From Emiliania huxleyi CCMP1516 (taxonomy: Eukaryota), in contig NW_005201092.1 in NCBI RefSeq assembly GCF_000372725.1, positions 55,683-119,682 on the forward strand: a DNA stretch of 64,000 nt. The letters are read 5' to 3'. Shown piece by piece: positions 11,432-22,261 of this stretch. The stretch's first letter is position 1. Every line of letters starts with the position of its first letter. A model generated the notes under the pieces. It was not told the DNA's origin. It did no database searches and worked only from the letters and a program-made list of their open reading frames with translations. Position numbers and translations under genes: made by a program.

Positions 11432-12571
11432 TCACACCATGATACCACCACGCGAATCGGCCGGAAGCGAATCGAGTAGCCTGCTCGCTGCGCCATTGCT
11501 CGGCTGCACCTTCAGCAGGGCACGCAGGTCGGCACGCGCTCTGCTGGCGTCCCCGTCGCCGTCGCGGCTCGCGTGTGCGCTCGCGCGGCGGTAGAGCGCC
11601 TTTGCGTGCGTGGGCACGGCCTCCAGGACGGCGGTGGCGGTCTCGATGGCGGCGTCCCAGTCGCCGAGTTTGAGGGCGGCCTGGGCGGCGTTGGCGCGCA
11701 GGTCGGTGAGCAGCGCGTCGGTCGTGCCCACCATGTGCGCCGAGCAGAGCACCCGCGCATGCTCGAGCGCGCAGAGCGCGCCCTCGCCCTCGAGATACCT
11801 CTCGAGTGCCGCGCGCGGCTGGCCATCGGACAGCAGTCGGTTCCCCTGGGCCTTGAGCTCGGCGGCCTGGGCGAGGCGCGCGTTGAGCGTCGCCTGCAGC
11901 GACGAGCGCTTCCGGCCGAGCTCCTCATCCAGCTCGACCTCCTCGGTGTCCTTGACATAGTCGGTGCACTGCAGCGCCGCGGTGCCGCCCCCCGCCCGGA
12001 GGGTCACGCCGATGCTGTCCTCGCTCTTGCCCTCGTTTTCGACCGCCGCGAGCGCGCCCGCCTCGTCGAAGCGGTCCCATGCACGGTACGCGTCGCGGAG
12101 GACGCTGGAGCCGCCCGCGCTGCGGTCGAGGGCGGGGAGGCGTCGCGGCTGCGGTGGTGGTGCGGTGGCAGACGAGGCCGGCCTTGAGGGCGCGGACGCG
12201 CCGGTCGCGGCTGGCGCTGTGCCAGGCGTGGTGGTCGCCGTCGTCTGGCGGATCGGGATCCGCCACTCGCACTGCTGCGCCTTGCGCAGCGTGAGGTGCA
12301 GAGATCCGTCCACGAGTTCCCACTCGCTCTCTTCCGGTGCAATTGTGCCGCCGAGCGGCCCATCGAGGAGGATGCGGCCGTGGCAACGCACGCACAGCGT
12401 CGTGGGCAGCATGCGCACGAGCAGGTCGCGCCCGCGCACGCCCGCTCCGACGCTGAAGAAGAAGCTGGCCGTGTCTGTTTCCTGCGCCCACTCGAAGTCG
12501 TCGAGCCCGGGAACGTCGAAGGGCTGGCGTGCCTGGTGCACCGTAATGGCGTCGAGGTTGTGGTGTGACAT
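11432..12571 (-). CDS. CS (p23/NudC-like) domain plus TPR co-chaperone; intronless
   Basis: FEWAQ...LLDGPLGGTIAPEESEWELVDGSLHLTLRK (CS domain); YRAWDRFD; ELKAQGN...NAAQAALKLGDW...KALYRRA (carboxylate-clamp TPR). Confidence 0.85.
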   Translation of the reverse strand: MSHHNLDAITVHQARQPFDVPGLDDFEWAQETDTASFFFSVGAGVRGRDLLVRMLPTTLCVRCHGRILLDGPLGGTIAPEESEWELVDGSLHLTLRKAQQCEWRIPIRQTTATTTPGTAPAATGASAPSRPASSATAPPPQPRRLPALDRSAGGSSVLRDAYRAWDRFDEAGALAAVENEGKSEDSIGVTLRAGGGTAALQCTDYVKDTEEVELDEELGRKRSSLQATLNARLAQAAELKAQGNRLLSDGQPRAALERYLEGEGALCALEHARVLCSAHMVGTTDALLTDLRANAAQAALKLGDWDAAIETATAVLEAVPTHAKALYRRASAHASRDGDGDASRARADLRALLKVQPSNGAASRLLDSLPADSRGGIMV

Positions 12572-13828
12572 ATATATATATCACATAAACACACACACAC
12601 CTGGGTTCCAACTTTTTCCGGGGTATGGTATCGGGCGAAAGGGTCGCTGCTCAGGCCGGGGGAGGGGGAGACCCCCTGTTCCTCGCGGAACGGGAGTAGG
12701 CCCCTCCTTGCCCGGTCAGGAAGCAGGGCGGTGGTCGTGCCATCGTCGCTTCGAACTCGAAACCACCGACACACGCCGCATTCGTCGCCGGCGCGCGACA
12801 GGCTCCCGTCGGCCGGACTGCCCTCGACGAGTGGGTGTCGCCAACCAAAGCGACACGCACTCGAGGGTAGTGCCGACGGGACGCGGCTCGAGGGCGACTC
12901 TCGCGAAGGCACGGCTGGCAACCGTGGCGTGGGGCTCGCGTTCGACAAGACCGGGATCGCTCTACCGGCAAACCTCTCGCTGACATGCGCGCCCCGCCGA
13001 GCTGACGGCGGGCGCGCTGAGGTCGCACGCCAAGCCCAGTTATATGCCAATGGCATGCGATCAAGAATCGGCTCGGTGTATCGCGCGCCTTGCGGGGGGG
13101 GCGCGGAAAAGAGGAACCTCTTAGCGCCATCGCCACGGTGCTGCATGCAGCGCCGGGCGACGACGGCTTACCGCCTCCCGGTCCCCCCGGCTCACGCGCC
13201 TCGACTCGCATACGCTCACCCATAGAATTGTCACCACCAGTGAGTGCGAGATAGGGCTAGCGGCTGGCGGCTAGCCTCTGTGGAGAGTGACCAGAGACAC
13301 CTCACACGACCCCACACACGGTCTAGTCCGGCCTCGCGGTCGGCGGAGATTGCTAGAGGACGAGCAAGCCTGCTCTAGCCTCACGCGTAGGTTCGCCCCT
13401 GTCGTCGTCTGTTGTGTTGTTGTGCCCTTGTTTGTTCTCTTGGCACCTTGGAGTGCTGGGGGGGGCGACAGGGAGGATGTGGCCTTGAGTTATGTGTACG
13501 CCAACTCAGGGTGTGTGGCAGCCAGTTTCTTGGAAAGAGAGAGTTTTGTTGCAAAATTCAATAAAAACATCTCTTTCCCGCCTGGGCGGGGCGGTGGGCG
13601 GGCGCGCGGTGCGGCATGGCGTATTTCTCGGAAAGGGGGTACAGATTGTGGGGGGTGCAACGTGGAAGGGGTGCAGCTGCTCGAGCGGTCAGGCCAGCTG
13701 CCGCCAACGCCATCCACCCCGCCGGGCGGCCGACCGCGCACCGCGCAGCAGCACCCGTTGGTGCGCACCAGCCTGACGCCCCGCTCCCCGCTCGCAGGTG
13801 GGTGGTGCGAGTCACCTCTGGCGCAGCG

Positions 13829-14746
13829 ATGCTGTCGCGCTTTCTCGTCATCCTGGTGGCTTCGCTCGTCCACGGCAGGACCTGCGACCAAAACCTCTGC
13901 GGTGGAGATTGGTGGTCCTCCTTCGACAGCGCAGGCTGGAGCACGTGCAACGATGGGTGCGGCATGGCGGGCTTGCACCTCAACAGCGTCGGTGGCTGCA
14001 AGTCGCTCTTCTGCCTTGAGGAGGCAAAATGCTGCCGCATCGCAGACGAGCACACCTGCAATAAGGTCGACATCCTGCTGTCGTTTGACACTCGAGGCTG
14101 GGCTGGCTGCCCGTCCAACCAGTACATGTGCCACATTCGTAGATGCATAATAAACAATCGCACGCTCGAGCCCCAGGCCACCACTGACATAAAATGTCGC
14201 TCTGCACCCACCAGACAGACACACGGCACATAAGATGTCCGGCTGCAGCTCCAAGCCACAGTGTGTGCCGCCCCAAGGGGTTTGGATGGAGTTCTCCATA
14301 ACCTCGTTAGGTCCGGCCTCTGGCGGAACTCGCGACAAGGCGATTCGGATCCCATCTCGTTGATTGAGACCATCGATTGCTGCGGCGCAAAGGACGGCTC
14401 CGGTTCGATGAGCAACTGCATCAACGTCGAGCTACCCCACTCGCGGGGTGCGCCGTATCGAAGCTGCCCGAGCGACTACCCGATTGCCTACTATGATACA
14501 CAAGTTGCAAATGTGTTCACAGCGTGCTGCAAGGAGTCCAGCTGGTCCGGTGGCAGTTGTGCCAGAGGCAGCGGTAGGGAGTACAGAGATTACGTGTGGT
14601 GCGACAGTGCCTTGAAGTCAAGCGGCCCTGGATGCCGGAATCACGACGAGAATTGGGCAATCTGCCCAGGCGACAAGGTGCTGACTGGCATCTACCGTGG
14701 CGGCGGAGGGGTGCTTAACGAGCACTGCCTTGACTTGCGTGTATAG
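13829..14746 (+). CDS. Secreted Cys-rich protein with W..SFD..GW..C...GL...L..(L/I)E...CC repeats; 3' end uncertain
   Basis: Signal peptide MLSRFLVILVASLVHG; GT-AG intron 14128-14310 restores the second repeat (CPSNQYMSGLWRN...LIETIDCC); third partial repeat WAICPGDKVLTGIYR. Confidence 0.7.
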
Positions 14747-17183
14747 GTCAACACATTCAGCAGCTCGACCGGCTCCGCCAACGGACTCGACCTCTCCGGT
14801 GTCGAGTCTGTCCACCTGCAGCTCTACTACATCGGCAAAGACTGTGGCGCTCTCGGCTCGACGCCCACGTGCTACTTCCCGATGCGTGGCTAGTCCTAGT
14901 GCATCGCCTCAGGAGATACGCCGACAGTATGGGGGTTCTTGCCGTGCTAGCCTACGGACGCCGAGGGAGCTCCCCGAGTCTGCTGTGCAGGCCTGCCATG
15001 CACGGCGGGCCACAGAGCGTCCTCTGCGGGCCGGGGGACTGATGTACATCCTACATCGCGCAAACGTCGCGAGCCGACGTTGCCTGAGCCTGCGTCGGGG
15101 ATCTTAGCGCGGGCGCGGGCCGTGCTGCTACTGGTCTGGGGGCGAGGGGCGCTGCTCCGGACCGTCTGTTTTGCAGCGCCCGCCATGCACGGCGGGCCAC
15201 AGAGCGCCGGAAACTGTCGTGGTGCTGCGGGGATAGAGGGAGCTGTGCGTCTGCCGCGACCCTGCTGACGGCTCGCCAGTGCTTTGCACGGCGCTCCAGG
15301 TCGGGTTTGCGGGGGGCTGTCGTTCAAGTGCTGCGGGGATACTGACGTAGAGGGTGGGGAAAGCCCAGAGCTGTCCTGACGGCCCGCTATTGCTTTGCAC
15401 AGCGGGCCACAGAGCGTCCGATGGTGATGTACACTTTTTTTAGGAATCCTCTGTACGAAGTAATGATCAGTATCCTGGTGGTGTGGCATCACTACGCTTC
15501 AATACTTCGATGGCTACGTTTACGGCGGAGTGCGACGACGTGAAGATAGAGAACGGAGTCTGCTGCTTCTGCTGGCATTCTTCCAGGTGAGAGACATGCG
15601 ACGGTGTATCATTCACTTTATGCCACCGTTGCATATCCAAGACAGCGCCTCCCAAAGCGAGTCGGTGAGGGCAAAGATGTCGAGTGCCTCCCAGCCTGTC
15701 TCGGCAAGGAGCGACCGTGACGCCGTCGGTTCTCGCCTATACCGGCTAGTGTGGAGCTCTCAGTGTGGTTGCGTGTTCTACTAGTGATGCTGCACTAGGC
15801 GGCCCGTTTTTAGCAAAAAGCAGATATCACATCGCGTGTGGTCATCGAAAAACCGTATGTTCGCCCGTCTGGGACCTCTTCGTACGGCTCCAAAAACCGC
15901 TCCTTAACGACGACTACGCGGCCCGGCGGTCGCTCTGCGCCTTCTCAGCGGTGGAGGGGATGTGGGCGGTACGTGCAGACCGCGTGGTGCTGCGATGGCT
16001 TGACGAGTGCGACTCCCAGCGTCGACTTTTCGACCCCACGGAGCCTCTGCTGCTCCGGGGGGGGGGGGGGGTCTGCAGACCACCCGGCCGAACTTCAGAG
16101 TCGCGGTGCTCCTCAAATACCGCTCAAACGCCCACGATGTTGTGCAGGGGACATATGCTGATGATCATGGCCCGATTGGTTTGCTCAGAAAGCTTCTGGG
16201 CGGTCGTTAAGGTTCGCTCCCCGCACAACGGCCCGGAAGTATCGACGGCAAGCGTAAGGATGACACTTTTGGCTAATCCACTGGACCGACAAATCCACTG
16301 GACCAACAAATCTCAATCCACCCAGCTGACATCGCCTCAATCCACCCAGCTGAACTCTCAATCCACCGGCATTATAATCCACCCACATAAAAATCCACCC
16401 ACATGACGATTTGGGCCGATCCACCGAACCGACGTTCTCAATCCACTGAACCAAAATTTCGGCAAGCGAGCGCTAGTGAACGCCCAGGGAACCGATATGC
16501 CCAGGGAACCTTTCTCAATCTCCAAACGATCATCTCCAAACCCAGATTCCATCCTAGAGACGCCGTCGGTTTTCCTACCAGGGGCTCTACGAGCAGCGTG
16601 GCGCACAACTTTACCCTCCCGTGTATATGGGCGTGAGTGGCACCGTTTCGTTTGGTGATTGGTTGTTGGCCGAAGCCGAATGCTTTATTGCTCCACGGCC
16701 GGAGCCGGTAGTGCTAGTGGGTGGAGCTGGAGGGGAGTGTGGCTTCCTCAATTAATGTCATCAAAATCAGGTGTGTGTAGTCTGTTCTGCCGTATACCCC
16801 AACGACTCCTACTGTATCGGTCACAGATAAAAGACAGCTAGAGAAAACATGCGATGCATACAGATCTCGATTTACATCACGGAGCGCGGAGCATGTCCTT
16901 GCAAAAAAACGGTACAAAATGGGTCGGCGCGGAGGCGGGCGCGGGGGCGGAGAGAGCGGCAGGTCGCTCCAGTAGTAGGTGAGGGAGCCTGCGACGCTGC
17001 CGGCGCTACCCGCGTTCGACCAGTCGAGTCATAACAAAGATTCGGCGCAAGAGGCTGCAGCGTTCAGTTGTCCGTCACCGAGATGTCCAGCATTGTCCAG
17101 CACCTCGTTGTCAGATCATGTCACCGTGTTGGCCAGCACGGCGTTGTCAGCTCGAAGCTCTCGCTCACCCTCCCGCCACCCGC

Positions 17184-19858
17184 CTAACTCGCACATCGAA
17201 CGCGACGTCTGAGCCGAGGCGCTTCGCCCGCCCCCGTCTCGCGGGCGCCCTCTCTCATCGCCTCCTCCTCCGGTGCCGCCGCGGGGCCGGTGAAGACCGC
17301 GTTCGCTGCCGCAGAGCCGAGGGCGTTGACGGACGCCGCCAGGCGCAGCGCGTCCGCCGCGACGTCCGCCATCAGAGGCCTGACGCGCGAAGCAGCGGCG
17401 TGCGAGGGGGCTGAGAGAGGGAAAAGGCACACACGGGCTCGGAGAGAGGGCCGCGGCGCGATGGAGGCTTGAGAGCTCGCCTGCTCGCGGGCTGCAGCTG
17501 CAAGCAGCTCCGGATGAGGTCCGCGAATGCCGCGCGGTCCGGGAGAAGGCTGGTGGCGGGGCGGAGGTCATGGAGGCTGCTGCCCGCCTCGTACTCGTCC
17601 ACGTCGCGAGGGTGCCTGGCAGGGAAGATGAGGGGAGGGCGCTCTCTGACGGCAGCAGAAGCCGGGGGGCGTCCGATCTCAGCAGTGCCTCTCGGCTATG
17701 CGCGTCGCCTCTGGTGCATGAGGGACCAGAGCAGCATCCCGTACGAGTAGACGTCGCACTGCTCGTTGTAGGCGGACCGCTGGACCAGCGAGGAGGAGGA
17801 GCGCACCTCGGGCGCCTGCTCACGGCCGTCTATGTGAAGAGGCGCTCGGCTGGGGTGGGAGGGGGGCGAGGGTGCGGTGGCCATGAAGTATCGGGTTCCG
17901 ATGCCGGCCGTGTGGCCTGGCGAGGGAGGCGAGGCCGAGGAGGCGGTGGCGGTGGAGGCGGAGGAGGAGGGCGAGGCCCGCGAAGAGGTCTTGTCGATGA
18001 GCGCCGCGATGCCAAAGTCGGCCACCTTGGCGTGCGCCGACCCATCGAGGAGCACGTTGGAGGGCTTGATGTCGCGGTGCATCACGTTGTTGCGGTGGAG
18101 GAAGGCGATGCCGGCCGCAACCTCGCTGGCGATGCGGCCGGCGAGGCAGGCGGGGAGAGGCTGCGGCTGCTCGAGCAGGGCGGCGAGGGTGGACGGCAGG
18201 AGCTCGAGGAGCAGCGCGCTCGAGCCGTCGGGCAGCAGAGTGTGGCCGTAGAGGGCGCAGACCGACGGGTGGCGGAGCCGCGAGAGGAAGCTCGCCTCTT
18301 TGCGCAGCTCGTGGTTCGCGCGCAAGTGTCGCGGCACCTTGACCGCCACCGGCACGCCGAGCCACCGGCCAGAGTAGACTGCCGCCTGGCCTCCCTGGCC
18401 AATCAGCCGGACGATGGTCACCTGCGGGCAGGGTCATCTGCTCAGATCCAGCCGAGATCCAGCGGCGATATCCAGCGGCAGGGCGGGTGCGGACACCTCG
18501 CTGGCCGATATCTCGGCGTGCCCCCCGGCGTCGCCCTCTGGCGCAGTAGCGAAGAGAGCTGCGATTAGATGCGCCCTGCGCGCGCCCGACTCGAGCGCGT
18601 GTCCAATCGTCTCGCCGAGCAGCAGAGCCCCCACCAGGCACGCGGGCTCTGCAGGGCGGCCGAGCTCGGAAAAGGTTGGTTGGGCAGCGACTCCCGCGCC
18701 GAAGACAACAAGGTCGAGGAGGCGGTGGGAGTAGTGGAAGCCAGCGTAACGTAGGTAGATGGGGAACACGCACCACGTCACGGCCATAGCAGGAACAAAC
18801 GCAGCCGAGCTCAGCTCGGGGGGGTGGACATGCCGCCATGGAATGTAGCACATCCACCCAAAGGTAACCATGCCGACACACGCACGCCCAAAGAGCAGCC
18901 GGGCGCGAAGCTGGTCGGCGTGCCGGTGCATCAAGACTCGGGCGCCGAGGATGATGCTCAAGCAAGCGACGAGGACGGCGTTCTCTGCGAGAGAGGCGGG
19001 GTAGGCCACCGCCAACAACCAAGCGCTCGCACCGAAGAAGAGCACCAGCGGCACGTACGTCGCGACAAACCTGTCGCTTATGTACTGCGCCTCGAGGTCC
19101 GCGTCCGCAAACTCGAGCGTCCAAGGGTGCAGCGCGGCGGACGGTGGTGCGGCGGGCGACGGTGGGAACGTGGCACTGGCGACGGTGGCGGCGGCTGGCG
19201 GGGCGTTGATGTGCTTCAGATGGGCGAGGCGCAGGCGACGCTCGATCAGATAGCCCACCGCCTCGCCAAGCAGCAGAGCCCCCACCAGACACGCGGGCTC
19301 CGCAGGGCGGCCGAGTACGGAGAACGTTGGGAGCGCAGCAAATGCCACGCAACAGACGGCGGAGTAGAGGAGGCGGTGGGAGGTGTAGACGGCGATGTGG
19401 CGTAGGTAGATGGGGGCCAAGAACCACATCACGGCCAGAACGAAGACAACCGCAGCCGAGCTCAACGCAGGGGGATGAGCATGCAGCCAGTTGATCAAGC
19501 ACATTGTAGTGCCTGTCACCACACAGACACACACACGCCCAAAGAGCAGCCGGGCGCGAAGCTGATCAACGTCGCGGTGTGTCCAGACGCGGGCGCAAAG
19601 GACGATGCTCACGCCAGAGGCGATGATAGCGTTTAGCTCGAGAGAGGCGGGGTAGGCCACCACCGTCAGCACGAGGGCAACCGTCGCTGCGCCGCAGAAG
19701 AGCACCAGCGGCACGTACGTCGCGACAAATCTGTCGCTCACGTACTGCGCCTCGAGATCCACGTCCACAAACTCCAAGGCCCAAGGGTGCAACGCGGCGG
19801 GCGGTGGCGTGGCGGCAACGGCCGGCACATGCAAGAGACGCTGGTGCAGAGACGCCAT
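17184..19858 (-). CDS. Multi-pass membrane protein (two duplicated ~6-TM cassettes) fused to a TKL-type protein kinase
   Basis: ALHPWxLEFxDxDLEAQYxSDRFVATYVPLVLF occurs twice, each followed by hydrophobic helices; GQGGQAAVY, VAVK, HRDIKPSNVLL, DFG, GTRYFM|APE, CDVYSYG; about 4 short introns. Confidence 0.85.
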
Positions 19859-20010
19859 TGTCGACAGAGTCGGCGTCGCTCTCGGCAATCACGCTCTTCA
19901 CCCGCCTCCAGTGTGGGCGGCAGATAAGCCTCCTGAGCGAGGCTCGGGCCGGCGGCGAGCTCGGAGCTCTCTGAGGGCGTCTTCACAGCCTGCTATTGAT
20001 GGAGCCGGAG

Positions 20011-20640
20011 AAAAAGAATTTTACAAGAAATCCCTCGCACAGCAAAAGAATTTTACGGCAAAACTCCCTCGCACAACACTGCGCAGGGGACTGGCGCGAA
20101 CTGGCACTAACACAGGTACACCACTGGAGCCGCCTAAGCGACTCCCGCGAGGACGGCGAGGCACTTAGCTCCGTGCACTCGACCGCCCTCGCCGCTGGCA
20201 AGCTCATTCACAATCTGCTCTGCGATGGCCGTGTGAAGAACGACTGAGATGCGCTGCTTCTGCAGCCCCAGCCAGCTCTTGGTGGTCCAAGTCACCTCAT
20301 CGAGGTACTGGGCCCGCGTCAGCTTGTTCTGCAGCACGTTCGCCGCCCCCCAGAGGATCTCGCCGACCCCCTTCCCAAACCCACCGAACGACTCGAACAG
20401 CAGCAGCCGCACGTCGACGTCCTTGTCCTCCCTGGCGTAGCGATACTCGCCGCCATAGGACGGTATGCGGCGATCGCCGCCCACTACCCTGCCCCCCCTA
20501 GTATGCCATCGACCAGTCCCCTGCCCCCTCTCGCCCTTGCTCTTCCTCTCTCCCTCCATTCCCTCGCCCCCATACCCCTCACACTCCCCTCCATCCCCCT
20601 CCCCCTCCCCCTCGCCTCCCCCTCCCTCCGCGGTAGGGCC
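20011..20640 (-). mobile_element. 5'-truncated RLE-type (CRE/R2-like) non-LTR retroelement, diverged subfamily
   Basis: FESFGGFG...LDEVTWTTK...QRISVVLH...GVA* is homologous to the 41161, 51830 and 59660 copies; shared 3' tail ending aattctttt. Confidence 0.7.
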
Positions 20641-20709
20641 CATGCCCCTCGACCATGTTCCCTCGTGAGTTCGTCGGGTACTTTTCGCGTATAAAAATCG
20701 GCTGCGCTG

Positions 20710-21061
20710 AGCTCCCTGGCCCTGGATGTGAGGTTACCGACTGCACTCCAAGTGCTCCAAGTGCGGGCGTTCTGCTGCTAGGGGAAACCTGGAGCGCGGA
20801 GCTAACCCTCGGAGACCCGTGTTTAGACCCGTGTTTAATTATTTTACGGCCCTTTCCCTGCGAACGCGCACCCCCGGGGCTAGGGCTCTCTTGGGCTGCT
20901 ATGCCCCGAGAGCCATAACACCATAACAATAACTGTGTCCGGGGACCAGCTCTCTTGCCCGTAACCCGATACCGATCATCCGGCCCGCTGGGTGCGCTTC
21001 TCAGCTCCCCGGCCCTGGATGTGAGGTTAATAACTGCACTCCAAGTGCTCCAAGTGCGGGC
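20710..21061. repeat. Small element with ~58-bp direct terminal repeats; second copy at about 29045-29248
   Basis: gctccc.ggccctggatgtgaggtt...actccaagtgctccaagtgcggg at 20710-20768 and 21003-21061; internal part repeated at 29045-29190. Confidence 0.75.
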
Positions 21062-21258
21062 CTTCCATCTGGTGCTACCAACGGCCTGGCGGCCTCGAAT
21101 CCGGCCTCGCAGCTCGACGCGAGCGCCAAGGTGGACCTGTCTCCGGCCTCTCGAGCCCCTCTCGGAGCCGTGAGAGGGTGCAGGCCGAAACCACAGCCGC
21201 TAACGTCCGTGTGGCCGAACGGGACCAAACTTTCGCCGCCGGGTCCCGGGCCACGGGT

Positions 21259-21428
21259 AATGGCACCGATCCCGCAGTTTCCCCGGATTTTACTCGACAC
21301 TCTTGTGCCCCGAACTTTCCTCTCCCCGTCCCGAGCACGACCAGAGCTGCTCCGGCCTGGTTTGGAGCGAGGTACGGGTGGCGGCGGGTTCGAGTAATAT
21401 CCGGGGAAACTGCGGGATCGGCGCCATT
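21259..21428. mobile_element. 170-bp MITE-like inverted-repeat unit
   Basis: 39-bp inverted repeats (21259-21297 and 21390-21428, two mismatches); flanks ccacgggt and ccataggt. Confidence 0.6.
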
Positions 21429-22261
21429 CCATAGGTGCTCCAACGCCCTAGCCGGCTCGGGAGCACTGTCCTGCCCGTTGTATACGCACCCGCTCACACT
21501 TTTAGGCTCTCCGGCGGCCTCAGGGGCCTTGCCGAGGGCCGCTTCAGCGCGGTCACAGTGCCGTGGAGCCGGCCAGCGTGCTCGCAGCCATGCCGCTGGT
21601 GGACCATGCCCGCCTCCCGCCCGGCGGCTCCAACCACAGCCCGCCTCACCGTCGGCGACGCACCTCGGGCCCTTCGCGGCTGCGTCGTCTGTCCGGCTCC
21701 ACGAGGCCAATTCCGAGTACACTTCCGCGCGGGCCGAGGCGACGAGTACCGGCAAATCCGGCCCGGTGTGGCCGGCAGCTGCCTAGCGCTGGCCTGTGAC
21801 CGGCGCCGCGGTGGCGGAAGAGGCGTCTCGCCGCCGTGGTGGCGGGTCGGCAGGTGCGAGCGTGATGGCCACTGTCCTCGGAGACCCGACACCTCCGTGT
21901 TACCGTATGGAAGTTATGCCGCTTCCCGCTATTACGGTAGCGGCGGTGACCAAGCCGCCAGAGACGGCAAGCAGAGAAGAATGCCGAGCATAAGGTACAA
22001 AGAGACGCTGCTACAAAGCGAGCTTGACTGTGAAAGCGAGTGCCTGATCGGACGGCCTCTCAGACACCGAGACAGCCAGCCGACTCGCGGCGTCTCGTGT
22101 GAGACAGAGAGTAAAGTGCCAAGGGGGGCATTCCAACGCGACACGCCCCGAGAGAAGCGCTCTCCCTCCAAAGCCGTCTCCGCCGCACCGGCTGCTGTTC
22201 GATCGTACCCCAACCGGGCCAACGGACGGGATTCTCGCCTCAGTGCACCCGCCTTCCCCCC

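Noticed and set aside
4088..12571. Biosynthetic gene cluster around DAHP synthase
   Set aside because: Neighbours (NAXE, CS-TPR, Hint protein) have unrelated functions
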